Source of the DNA: Actinomycetota bacterium | GTDB lineage: Bacteria > Actinomycetota > Thermoleophilia > Miltoncostaeales > Miltoncostaeaceae | Length of the DNA stretch: 64,000 bases | NCBI GenBank assembly: GCA_031372145.1 | Contig: JANMKR010000176.1 | Location: forward strand, 1,876-65,875 | Reading direction: 5' to 3' | Shown here: in pieces, positions 1 through 9,058 of the stretch | Layout: each line of letters opens with the position of its first letter | How positions within the stretch are numbered: the stretch's first letter is position 1 | Program-made: the position numbers and the translations under genes | The notes under the pieces: generated by a model | Databases searched by the model: none | Told to the model about the DNA's origin: nothing | The model's input: only the letters and a program-made list of their open reading frames with translations

Positions 1-1154
1 GCGCCGCCGAGCAGCAGCACGGCGAACACGATCAGCTTGACCAGGAGCGCTTGCCCGTACCCGGTGTCGATCAGGTCGTCGAACGCGGTGAGTTCGGCGA
101 TCGCACGATAGACGCCGGTCACGACAAGCGCTCCGACACACAGGATCGCAACCGTCGAGAATCGAACGACGACCGCCGCGCTGAACCGCGTCCCGTCGGC
201 ATCTGCGCTGCCGCGCAGCGCGCGGGGCACGACGGCGAGCAGCGCGGCAAGCCCACCCAGCCAGATTCCCGTCGCCCACACGTGGATGGCGTCGATGCCG
301 ATCGCGATGGCCGAGTCGGTTCCCGAAGACGCGTGGCCCGCCCACGCGATCCCGGCGGTGGCGATGCCGAGCGGAATCGCCACCGCGTACCCCCATGACC
401 CTGCAGGGTCGGGCGCATCACCGCTCGCTGACCGAAACAGCAGCAGCGACGCGACGATCGCGACAACGAGCCCCACGAGCTGGACGACCCACGTGATGCC
501 CCACCGCGTTTCCAGCAACGCGCCGATGTCGGTCGAATCGAGCTCGGCGAGCAGGCCGATCACACCACAGGCAAGACCGAGCGCGGCGGCCGCCGCAAGA
601 CACCACCATGTGGTCCACCAGACGCGAATGCCGCTCCGCAGCGGCGGTCCCATGAAATCTCGCCACGCTTCGACCGACACGCTCCCCGGCGGTCGCGTGC
701 CGCCGGCGCGCCAGGCCGGAGCGATCACCGCAAACCGCACGCCGATCATTCCGACCAATCCCAGCAGCGCCGCGAACGACAGGACATCGGCCAGCACCGA
801 CAGCGGACTGCGCCGGGATGGCCCCGCGACCGGAGTCGATCCCCGGACCAGATTGACGCGCCCCTCGGTGACGTGACCGTCGCGCGACAGCACGCGCCAG
901 CGAAGATCGGGCTCGGCGCGCGTCGCGCCGGGGACGACCACCGTCTGATCATCGGCGGGATCGACGTCCGCCGCCAGGCTGCGTCCGTCCACCGCCGTGA
1001 TCCGAAGAAACGCCCCCTCGACGGGCGCCGAATAGCTCAGCCGGACCCCCGGGCCGGTGGTCTGGCCAACCGTCTGGAGTTCGGAATGCGCAAGCGCGCC
1101 TGCCGGCCCCGCAAGCAGCGCAATCGCGAAGCTGAGCCAGATCGGGGCGCGCAC
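1..1154 (-). CDS. CopC-CopD fusion copper-resistance membrane protein (YcnJ-like); C-terminus runs off the left edge
   Basis: Absent from the ORF track because it has no stop in the window. Manual minus-strand translation from GTG 1154-1152 gives VRAPIWLSFAIALLAGPAGALAHSELQTV..., a signal peptide plus a CopC-type AHSxL start. A multi-TM CopD-like region follows (...GSWGYAVAIPLGIATAGIAWAGHASSGTDSAIAIGIDAIHVWATGIWLGGLAALL...). The frame stays open to base 1. Confidence 0.7.
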   Translation of the reverse strand, partial: MRAPIWLSFAIALLAGPAGALAHSELQTVGQTTGPGVRLSYSAPVEGAFLRITAVDGRSLAADVDPADDQTVVVPGATRAEPDLRWRVLSRDGHVTEGRVNLVRGSTPVAGPSRRSPLSVLADVLSFAALLGLVGMIGVRFAVIAPAWRAGGTRPPGSVSVEAWRDFMGPPLRSGIRVWWTTWWCLAAAAALGLACGVIGLLAELDSTDIGALLETRWGITWVVQLVGLVVAIVASLLLFRSASGDAPDPAGSWGYAVAIPLGIATAGIAWAGHASSGTDSAIAIGIDAIHVWATGIWLGGLAALLAVVPRALRGSADADGTRFSAAVVVRFSTVAILCVGALVVTGVYRAIAELTAFDDLIDTGYGQALLVKLIVFAVLLLGG

Positions 1155-1363
1155 GCGCCCGAGGGTGTCAGGTCGGGGGACCTACGCCAAGAGGACATGC
1201 AGCATCAGCAGGGCCACTGTGGCGAGGACAAAGCCTGCGGCGGCACTGCGAAACGCGGGGGTGGGGTTCATTCGGTCTCTCGCGGTCGTATGGACTCATC
1301 ACCCATATCGACTCCGCAACCACCACCTTGATACACCGGAGCGCGAAATCGTCCGCACGACGC

Positions 1364-2263
1364 TCAGATGTGCTGTCGCAACCCGACCCCCCCGCCGATG
1401 GCGGACGAGGCGTGGTCACCTGCCTCCTGAACGAGACGGGTCAGGACCTCGTGGTCCAGGCGCCAGCGCTCGGCGGGGCACGACAGCCCGATGGAGGCGA
1501 CCGGATGTCCCTGCGGACCGATGATCGGCACGGCCACGCAGCAACATCCGTCGGAGAGCTCCTCCAGATCCTTGCCGACACCCAACTCGCGGACCGCACC
1601 CAGGTTGCGCTTGAGGTGACGGCGCTCGACGAGCGTGCGACGGGTGAACGCCTCCAGGCGCCGCGCGCCGAGGTAGTCGTCCAGGATGGGTTCGGGCGCA
1701 GCCGCGAGCAGCACCTTGCCGAGCGCGGTCGTGTGCGCCACCCGCGAGAAACCGACGTCCACACCAGGCAGATGGAGTGCGTCATCGGCGCCCTCGGCCA
1801 GGTCGACGATGATCATCTCGCCACCGCGAAACACTGCGAGGTAGCAATCCTCCCGAATCTGCTCAGCGAGGTCCGACAGGATCGGACGGACGGTCGGAAC
1901 AAGGTCGAACTGCTCGTAGAACAGTCGGTGCAGACGTGCGACCTTGCTGCCCAAGCCGTAGCAGCCGTGACCGACGCGAACGACATACCCCGCGTTTTCC
2001 AAGGTGTGCAGCACGTGGTAGCTCGTGCCGAGGCTGATCTCGAGCGTCTGCGCCACCGCCTTGGCCGGCAGCGGAAGTGGTGACGCGGCGACCGCCTCGA
2101 GCACGTCGAGGGCGCGGCTGACAGATGTCAGGACATCTTTGGGTCCCTGACGGCCTTCATCAATCAAAGCCCGCAAAGCCCCACCCTGCATGCCGGCAGC
2201 AGGTGTGGGCACGGCTTCGGTATCCCCCTGGACGCCGTCCATATCGCGCAACCCTATGTCCAC
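1364..2263 (-). CDS. IclR-family transcriptional regulator
   Basis: 299-aa ORF with a winged-HTH N-terminus (SRALDVLEAVAAS...AVAQTLEISLGTSYHVLHTLENAGYVVR) and an IclR effector domain. It is divergent from the 2411..5171 operon. The start is uncertain because there are several in-frame Met codons. Confidence 0.8.
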   Translation of the reverse strand: MDIGLRDMDGVQGDTEAVPTPAAGMQGGALRALIDEGRQGPKDVLTSVSRALDVLEAVAASPLPLPAKAVAQTLEISLGTSYHVLHTLENAGYVVRVGHGCYGLGSKVARLHRLFYEQFDLVPTVRPILSDLAEQIREDCYLAVFRGGEMIIVDLAEGADDALHLPGVDVGFSRVAHTTALGKVLLAAAPEPILDDYLGARRLEAFTRRTLVERRHLKRNLGAVRELGVGKDLEELSDGCCCVAVPIIGPQGHPVASIGLSCPAERWRLDHEVLTRLVQEAGDHASSAIGGGVGLRQHI

Positions 2264-2410
2264 GAGTACTCCCTGTAAACCCGTGGGGACCTGCCCCGAC
2301 GCCGCAGTGCGATTTCACATGCTGGAGAAACAGGGCGCATTTGCCGGTGCGCGGCGCTCGCTCCCTGGCAAGTCTTCGGCGGACACTTGTCATCCACCCC
2401 GGAGGCATCC

Positions 2411-3436
2411 ATGTATCGCAGCGCCGCTGGCGACGAATACTTCGTGGTCGACGGGCACGTCCACTGGTGGGACGGAAGCCCTGCGAACCAGAAGAACGAG
2501 TACGGCAAGGGGTTCATCTCGTGTTTCTACGACTATCACTCGGGCCTGTCGCCCGCGGAGTACGTCTGGCCACGGGAGAAGTACGAGAAGTACGACAAGG
2601 AGACGATGTTCCAGGACATGTTCGTCGACGGGTACGTCGATGTCGGCATCTTGCAGCCGACCTACCTGACGGATTTCTACGTCAACGGGTTCAACACGAC
2701 CGCCCGGGACGCGGAGCTGAAGAACCTGCACCCCGACCGGTTTGTCCTCAACAGCGCGTGGGATCCGCGTGACGGCGACCGAGGCCTGGCCGAGTTCGAG
2801 GAGAAGGTCGCGACCTACGGGATCAAGGGCGTCAAGCTCTACACGGCCGAGTGGCGCGGTGACTCGCGCGGCTGGAGCCTGACCGACCCGATGGCCGAGC
2901 GGTACCTCGCCAAATGCCAGGAACTCGGCGTCAAGAACATCCACGTGCACAAGGGCCCCACGATCTGGCCGCTCAACAAGGACGCCTTCGACGTCGCCGA
3001 CATCGACCACGCCGCGACGAACTTCCCGGAGCTCAACTTCATCGTCGAGCACGTCGGCATGCCGCGGACCGAGGACTTCTGCTGGATCGCCGTGCAGGAG
3101 CCGAACGTCTACGGGGGCCTGGCAGTGCTCATGCCGTTCATCCACCCACGGCCGCGGTATTTCGCTGAGGTGATGGCCGAGCTGCTCTTCTGGCTCGGGC
3201 CTGACCGCCTGCTGTTCTCATCCGACTACGCGCTGTGGCACCCGAAATGGCTCATCGAGAAGTTCGTGGACTTCGAGATCCCGGAGGACATCGCGTCCCA
3301 AGTGGGCGTGCAGCTCAGCGTCGAGACCAAGCAGAAGATCCTGGGGCTCAACGCCGCCAAGCTCTACGACATCGACCCCGAGGCGCACGCCGCCAAGCTG
3401 GCGGACGACGTGTTCAGCAAGATGGTCGCGGCGTGA
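2411..3436 (+). CDS. Amidohydrolase_2-type metal-dependent TIM-barrel hydrolase/decarboxylase
   Basis: Lies within ORF 2387..3436. ATG 2411 is preferred because GGAGG sits 5 nt upstream. It has the FVVDGHVHWW HxH metal motif near the N-terminus, and its length and sequence resemble the ACMSD/LigI-like family. Confidence 0.7.
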   Translation: MYRSAAGDEYFVVDGHVHWWDGSPANQKNEYGKGFISCFYDYHSGLSPAEYVWPREKYEKYDKETMFQDMFVDGYVDVGILQPTYLTDFYVNGFNTTARDAELKNLHPDRFVLNSAWDPRDGDRGLAEFEEKVATYGIKGVKLYTAEWRGDSRGWSLTDPMAERYLAKCQELGVKNIHVHKGPTIWPLNKDAFDVADIDHAATNFPELNFIVEHVGMPRTEDFCWIAVQEPNVYGGLAVLMPFIHPRPRYFAEVMAELLFWLGPDRLLFSSDYALWHPKWLIEKFVDFEIPEDIASQVGVQLSVETKQKILGLNAAKLYDIDPEAHAAKLADDVFSKMVAA

Positions 3437-4146
3437 TCAGCGCCGAGCAGGTCTGGACGGTCCTCGCGGACGTCCGCGACCCGGAGCTCGACCGAAGCGT
3501 GGTCGAACTCGATTTCGTCCAATCCGTGTCGGTGGAGGGCGATGACGCGACGGTCGCCCTGCGTCTGCCGACATTTTGGTGCTCCCCCAGCTTCGCGTAC
3601 ATGATGGTCAGTGATGCGCGTGACGCCGTCTCGGCCCTCGATGGGGTCGGGACGGTGCACATCGATCTGGTCGACCATCACGTGGGTGCCATCGTCACCG
3701 AAGGGGTCCGGTCAGGACGAACGTTCACCGAGACGTTCCCGGACCACGCCGACGGGGAACTCGGTGAACTGCGACGGAAGTTCCGGCTCAAGGCGTTCCT
3801 GGTGCGCCAGGAGCCGGTCCTGCGAGCGGCCCGGGACGCGTTCGGCGCCGCCCGGGCCGTGGAGCTGCGCCTGGGCGACGGGAGCGCTCCGGTCGGCATC
3901 GACGGCGAGGAGTGGCGTGAATATCTGCGCCGGCGACGCGAACTGGACATGGATGACGGTCCTGATGCACTGGTGTTCACGAGCGCCCAAGGCGAACCGC
4001 TGGACACGGAGGGGCTCGACCATTTCATCCGCATCTCACGTTCGGTGCGGGTGAGCCTGATGGCCAACACCGAGTTCTGCACCGGGCTCCTGGCAGCGCG
4101 GTATGACGAGTTGGAACACTGGCAACACGCGGAGGTGACCCGATGA
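3433..4146 (+). CDS. DUF59 (MIP18/PaaD-like) domain protein with an uncharacterised C-terminal domain
   Basis: The real start is GTG 3433, which overlaps the upstream TGA as GTGA. The N-terminus VISAEQVWTVLADVRDPELDRSVVELDFVQSVSVEGDDATVALRLPTFWCSP is a typical DUF59 domain. The upstream part of ORF 3235..4146 overlaps the amidohydrolase and is discarded. Confidence 0.6.
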   Translation: MISAEQVWTVLADVRDPELDRSVVELDFVQSVSVEGDDATVALRLPTFWCSPSFAYMMVSDARDAVSALDGVGTVHIDLVDHHVGAIVTEGVRSGRTFTETFPDHADGELGELRRKFRLKAFLVRQEPVLRAARDAFGAARAVELRLGDGSAPVGIDGEEWREYLRRRRELDMDDGPDALVFTSAQGEPLDTEGLDHFIRISRSVRVSLMANTEFCTGLLAARYDELEHWQHAEVTR

Positions 4147-5171
4147 AGGCCGCAGTCCTTCCTGCATACGATGCGGACCTGTCGCTCGAGACCGTTCCGG
4201 CCCCGGAAGTCCAGGGGACCAACGACGTCATCGTGCGCATCGGGGGCGCGGGACTGTGCCGCACGGACCTCCACATCATCGAGGGGGTGTGGAAGAACAA
4301 GGTCGAAGTCGAGTTGCCCTACATCCTGGGACACGAAAACGCCGGGTGGGTCGAGGACGTGGGTCCGGGCGTCAAATCGATCAAACACGGCGATGCGGTC
4401 ATCGTCCACCCGGTCATCACGTGCGGGTTGTGCCGGGCGTGCCGGGCTGGTGAGGACATGCACTGCATCGACCTGCAGTTTCCCGGCATCACCCAGAACG
4501 GCGGGTTTGCGGAGTACCTGCGCACCGGGGAGCGAGCGATCATCAAACTCCCGGAGGGACTTGAGCCCAAGGCGATCGCACCGTACGCCGATGCCGGCAT
4601 CACCGCCTACCGGGCGGCCAAACGGGCGGCCAAGCATCTGTACCCGGGCACCCGCGCGGCCATCATCGGCGTCGGTGGGCTGGGGCACATCGCGGTGCAG
4701 GTGCTCAGGGAGCTGTGCGCGACGGAGATCATCGCGATCGATCGCAACCCGGCTGCATTGAAGCTCGCCGGTGGGTGGGGTGCCCACCACTTGGTGGACG
4801 GATCCGGCGGGGACGCTGTCGAGCAGGTGCTGGAGCTGACCGATGGGCAGGGTGCCGAGGCCGTCATCGACTTCGTCGGTGAGGGCACCGCCATCTCGGA
4901 GGCCGTGGGGATGCTCAAGAAGGGCGGCATCTACTGGGTCGTCGGCTATGGCGGCATGGTCGAGATCCCCGCGATCGACCTGATCTTCAGCGAGATCGCG
5001 GTGATGGGCAGCCTGGTGGGCAATTACAACGAACTCGCCGAGCTGATGACCATGGCTGGGCAAGGACGCGTGACCCTGCATGCGGCGGAGTACGCACTGG
5101 ATGACATCAACACCGCCATCCACGATCTGCACCACGGCCAACTCCAAGGCCGCGGGGTGATCATTCCCTAA
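4143..5171 (+). CDS. Zinc-dependent alcohol dehydrogenase (MDR family)
   Basis: 342 aa with the GHENAGWVEDVG catalytic-zinc motif, a CGLCRACRAGEDMHC structural-zinc cluster and the IIGVGGLGH Rossmann motif. Its start overlaps the previous gene as ATGA. Confidence 0.85.
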   Translation: MKAAVLPAYDADLSLETVPAPEVQGTNDVIVRIGGAGLCRTDLHIIEGVWKNKVEVELPYILGHENAGWVEDVGPGVKSIKHGDAVIVHPVITCGLCRACRAGEDMHCIDLQFPGITQNGGFAEYLRTGERAIIKLPEGLEPKAIAPYADAGITAYRAAKRAAKHLYPGTRAAIIGVGGLGHIAVQVLRELCATEIIAIDRNPAALKLAGGWGAHHLVDGSGGDAVEQVLELTDGQGAEAVIDFVGEGTAISEAVGMLKKGGIYWVVGYGGMVEIPAIDLIFSEIAVMGSLVGNYNELAELMTMAGQGRVTLHAAEYALDDINTAIHDLHHGQLQGRGVIIP

Positions 5172-5196
5172 TTTCCTGCGTCGGACCACTCGTGAT

Positions 5197-5232
5197 GTGC
5201 CGGGTTGCTCAGCGCGACGGGCAACCCCGCAC
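5197..5232. terminator. Bidirectional hairpin between convergent genes
   Basis: GTGCCGGGTTGC (5197-5208) pairs with GCAACCCCGCAC (5221-5232) as a 12-bp stem with one mismatch and a 12-nt loop. It lies between the ADH stop (5171) and the transglutaminase stop (5260). Confidence 0.5.
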
Positions 5233-5259
5233 ATCCGCGAGGCGGTCAGCGCATCAGGA

Positions 5260-6134
5260 TCAGCACACCTCGCGCAGTTCGACGCTCACGACCATCGACT
5301 CGGTGATCCCGCCGAGGTAGGTGCCCTTGATCGGAACCACGTCCGCGTAGTCGCGGCCGCACGCGATGCGCACGTAGCGGTCGCTGACCTCGCCCACGTG
5401 TGTGGGATCCTCTTCGACCCAGCCGATTCCGGGAACGTGAACCTCTGCCCAGGCATGACTCTCGACCATGCCCTCACGATCGGGCTCGAACATCCACCCG
5501 CTCACATACCGCGCCGCAACGCCACGCAGCCGGCAGAGCGCGACGAAGACATGGGCGAAGTCCTGGCACACGCCGCGCCCCGCCCCGATCACCCCGTCGA
5601 CGGTCGTGGTGACGTCGGTCGCCCCACGCTCGTAGACCAACGCGGCGTTGAGCGCACTCGCCAGTCGGCGGACCCATGCCGCTACTCCGATCGCGGACGA
5701 GACCGCGAGCCCGTCGGCGAACACGCGCGTCGCGTCCGACCACGCGACAAGCTCGGATGGGAGCAAAACTCGGCCCAGGCCTCTCGGTAGGCCTCACCCT
5801 GGAGCACCGTCCACCCGTCCGGGCCGTCCACCTCGCCGATCACCGGGACCGGAGCCCGCATCGAGATCAGCGACTCCGCCTCGACGACAAGGCGTGGATG
5901 GTCATCGACGATCTGGCACCACCACACCCGGTTGCCCCACACGTCGGTGGACTCGGCGACATCGGCGTTCGGCGTCAACGCGATGCGTGCGTACTCGACC
6001 TGCTGCCTGGGACCGTCGACGGGGCCGAGCCGGATCTCGTTGACGCTCTCGCGCGCGGAACCTGCGTACGTGAACTCAGTTCTGTGCTTGACGAACAGCT
6101 TGCGCGTAATGAGGTCCACCGGTGAACTCCGCAT
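5260..6134 (-). pseudogene. Transglutaminase-like cysteine protease (COG1305 type) split by a 1-nt frameshift
   Basis: ORF 5682..6164 carries the N-terminal Bact_transglu_N-like part (HRTEFTYAGSARESVNEIRLGP...). ORF 5260..5766 carries the catalytic core (GVCQDFAHVFVALCRLRGVAARYVSGW...HAWAEVHVPGIGWVEEDP). The two are in different frames and overlap by 85 nt. Adding one base to the A4 run at 5765-5768 joins them as ...YREAWAEF-LLPSELVAWSD.... The start (6134 or 6119) is uncertain. Confidence 0.75.
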
Positions 6135-7065
6135 CTGGAAGGAATATCGAGGCGATCGCCTCATGGATGTCAGTCAAACGGGTCTGCAACCGTGCCAGGC
6201 CGTGCTCGACGGACTGGGTCTGTGCCGCCGACGCTGCCGCGCGCGCGGCAGCGAACACGACAGCCCTCGGCGTGGCGTCGGCCGACCTGACGCTGAGTGA
6301 GCGAAGCGCGTCGATGCCGGCGCCGACCTCGTCCAGACAGAACGCCACTGACGACGGCAGCTGACGGTCCACGAGCAGGAATGCCGTTGGGGTGAGACCG
6401 TCGCGACCGGGCAGCGCGACCCTCAGGTACGCCTCGTACGACGAAGCGAGTTTGAGCAGCGTGCGCCAGTCACCGATGCCCTGCGCCCGCCCGTCGCCAA
6501 CCGCGATCAAGCCGTTGTGCACGGCCAGCAGTCGTGTCACCTGGATGGCCCGCTCGAGATGACGTCCCACGCGCAGAAACTGCCAATACTCGTCGCGACG
6601 CACTGCGCGGTCCACGATGCCGTCCACAGCCGCAATGTGCCCGCGCACCTGATGACAGAAGGCAAAGACCCCTTCCTGGTTGAGCCGTCGCGGCGTCCAC
6701 GCACGAGAGGTGATCTCAGCGGAGCTGATCACCTCGGCCATCTCGGTCGGCAAGCGCGACCGGATTGACCGGATGCGCTCGCGCGCACGACCGAGACACG
6801 CGATGACGCTGTCGGGGTTCGCCTCACTCAACGTCAGGTACCAGGAGACGCTGCGCTCGTCAGCGCGGCGATGACCGATCAGGAACGACGTGGGATCGCC
6901 GACGATGCCCAACACCGGCTCCCAGATGTGTGTCCGCCCCGCGCCGTTCTGCAACGCGCCCTCGAGCGAGGCCGCGTGGCTGATCTCGAGCGCGCGCGCA
7001 ATGGCAGACGCACGCTCGACGTCACGCGCGATCCAATACAGGGTCTCGGCGACGCGGGCCAACAT
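6076..7065 (-). CDS. Alpha-E domain protein (DUF403/COG2307)
   Basis: MLARVAETLYWIARDVERASAIARALE is the canonical family N-terminus. ATG 7065 shares one base with the upstream stop (TGATG), which suggests translational coupling. Confidence 0.75.
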   Translation of the reverse strand: MLARVAETLYWIARDVERASAIARALEISHAASLEGALQNGAGRTHIWEPVLGIVGDPTSFLIGHRRADERSVSWYLTLSEANPDSVIACLGRARERIRSIRSRLPTEMAEVISSAEITSRAWTPRRLNQEGVFAFCHQVRGHIAAVDGIVDRAVRRDEYWQFLRVGRHLERAIQVTRLLAVHNGLIAVGDGRAQGIGDWRTLLKLASSYEAYLRVALPGRDGLTPTAFLLVDRQLPSSVAFCLDEVGAGIDALRSLSVRSADATPRAVVFAAARAAASAAQTQSVEHGLARLQTRLTDIHEAIASIFLPDAEFTGGPHYAQAVRQAQN

Positions 7066-8483
7066 CAGTCGCGGCCCACCACCCACGTGTCCTTGCTGCC
7101 GCCGCCCTGCGAGGAGTTGACGACGAGCGATCCTTCGCGAAGCGCAACGCGTGTCAGACCACCCGGCACCACGACGGGCTCGTCGCCGAACATCACGAAC
7201 GGCCGCAGATCGACATGCCGCGCGGTGAAGCCCCCGTTCAAGAAGACCGGAGCGCGCGACAGCTTGACGACTTCCTGCGCGATGTAGCCGCGAGGGTTCT
7301 CACGCACCCGCCGGGCGAAGGACTGCCGTTCCTGGACCGTTGCCTGCGGCCCGATCATCATTCCGTATCCCCCGGCTCCGTCAACCGCTTTGACAACCAG
7401 CGAGTCGAGATGGGACAACACGTAGTCGAGGTCGTCCTGGCGGCTGAGCGTGAACGTCGGCACCTGTCGCAAGATCGGCTCCTCCCCGAGGAAATACCGG
7501 ATGAGGTCCGGCACGTAGACGTAGACCGCCTTGTCGTCGGCGACCCCGTTGCCCGGTGCGTTCGCGATCACCACGTTGCCGTCCCGATAGGCCTGGAGAA
7601 GACCCGACACACCCAACATCGAATCGCCCCGCAGTGACGCCGGATCCAAATACGCGTCATCGATGCGCCGGTAGATCACGCTGACCTGGCGCAAGCCGAC
7701 GGTCGTGCGAATCCAGATCCGGCGATTGCGCATGACCAGATCGCGGCCCTCGACCAATTCGGCCCCCATCTGCTGGGCCAGATAGGCGTGTTCGGCGTAC
7801 GCGGCGTTCCATTGACCCGGCGACAGGAGCGCCACGCATCCGGCGCCACCGGCCGGCGACATCGCCGTGATCGCATCGCGCAGGAGCAATGCGGCGTGGT
7901 CGACCTGCGCGACGTGTTGCGCGGTGAAGGCCTCCGGCATCAACCGCCGCATGAAGGCCCGGTTCTGCAACAGATACGAGAGGCCGGAGGGGTTGCGGAG
8001 ATTGTCTTCGAGCACCCGCCACTCGCCCTGGTCGTCGCGGACCAGGTCGACACCGGCCAGGTACACCCGCCGACCACCTGGTGGCTCGAGACCTGCGACC
8101 GGTCGCAGGTAGCCGCTGCACGTGGCGATCAGGCTGTTTGGGACGATGCCGTCGACAATTGCCCGTCGCGGCCCGTAGATGTCCGCCAAAAACAGATCCA
8201 GCGCGCGTACGCGCTGAATCAACCCGGCCTCGATCGTCTGCCACGCGTCGGCGTCGATCACCCGTGGCAGCAGGTCGAACGGAAACGTCTGCTCGCGACC
8301 CCCGTGGGCGAACGTGATGCCGTGGTTTGCGTAGTGGCGGTCGACCTGCGCCGCCCGCGCGGTGAACGTCTCGCGCGACATCCGCGACATGCCACGCGCG
8401 ACCTCCGCATACGAGGTACGCGGGCGGGTCTGATCGTCGAACATCTCGTCGTAATACCCGGCGGAGCGATACCCAGTGAACAT
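7065..8483 (-). CDS. Circularly permuted ATP-grasp type 2 protein (DUF404/DUF407, COG2308)
   Basis: The real start is ATG 8483 (MFTGYRSAGYYDEMFD...) with AGGAG 6 nt upstream. It encodes 472 aa of a typical family sequence. The 146-aa upstream extension in the ORF track is Arg-rich junk. Confidence 0.75.
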   Translation of the reverse strand: MFTGYRSAGYYDEMFDDQTRPRTSYAEVARGMSRMSRETFTARAAQVDRHYANHGITFAHGGREQTFPFDLLPRVIDADAWQTIEAGLIQRVRALDLFLADIYGPRRAIVDGIVPNSLIATCSGYLRPVAGLEPPGGRRVYLAGVDLVRDDQGEWRVLEDNLRNPSGLSYLLQNRAFMRRLMPEAFTAQHVAQVDHAALLLRDAITAMSPAGGAGCVALLSPGQWNAAYAEHAYLAQQMGAELVEGRDLVMRNRRIWIRTTVGLRQVSVIYRRIDDAYLDPASLRGDSMLGVSGLLQAYRDGNVVIANAPGNGVADDKAVYVYVPDLIRYFLGEEPILRQVPTFTLSRQDDLDYVLSHLDSLVVKAVDGAGGYGMMIGPQATVQERQSFARRVRENPRGYIAQEVVKLSRAPVFLNGGFTARHVDLRPFVMFGDEPVVVPGGLTRVALREGSLVVNSSQGGGSKDTWVVGRD

Positions 8484-8699
8484 TGTCTGCTCCTGTCGTG
8501 GCTGAACGAAACGATAGGAGTGGTTGGGACGCTCGTCCTTCGACGAACGACCAACCAGGGACGGCGCCGTCTCGCCCTGGGGACCAACGCCGGCCATTCG
8601 GGCCAACCGGAGCGCCCTGCAATCGGGCCCGGGGGCGGTTCGACCAAACGACGCTCGGTGCAACCGTAGATGCAGAGACCACACCAGGAGGTGACACAG

Positions 8700-8900
8700 A
8701 TGCACCGTCCACTGCGCACCGCTCGGCCACCCGCAACCGAATCGCGCGTTGACGTGCGCCAGGCCGCCCGTCTCATGTGTGGTTGGTGTTGGGGCCAGCG
8801 AGCCATCTACGAGTCGTCGCCGTTCGGCCTGATGCCAATCGTCTGCGGACGTTGCGATGGACACGGACACGAGGAGTCCGCAGACCCGAACCTGCGGTGA
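8700..8900 (+). CDS. Small DnaJ-type zinc-finger protein (66 aa), hypothetical
   Basis: ATG 8700 is preceded by AGGAGG (8686-8691) with an 8-nt spacer. The protein contains CGWC-x18-CGRCDGHG, and the second motif fits CxxCxGxG exactly. GC3 is moderately high. Confidence 0.45.
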   Translation: MHRPLRTARPPATESRVDVRQAARLMCGWCWGQRAIYESSPFGLMPIVCGRCDGHGHEESADPNLR

Positions 8901-9016
8901 ATCGCGCCCCGACGGGCGCATCAGCGACAGACCCGTGTGGAAGGTCGTCGAGCCCCGGGCGGATCTGGCCGGCCGGGCGGCTCACAGCGATCGCCGGACC
9001 GCGATCTTCGCACGAC

Positions 9017-9058
9017 GAAAATGTTAATAAATAATTAGCAAGATTTTGGAGTTTTTGT
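9017..9058 (+). promoter_or_regulatory. AT-rich island, candidate promoter/UP region for the 9296 gene
   Basis: GAAAATGTTAATAAATAATTAGCAAGATTTTGGAGTTTTTGTG is the only strongly AT-rich stretch in this part of a very GC-rich window. It lies about 240 nt upstream of GTG 9296. Confidence 0.25.
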
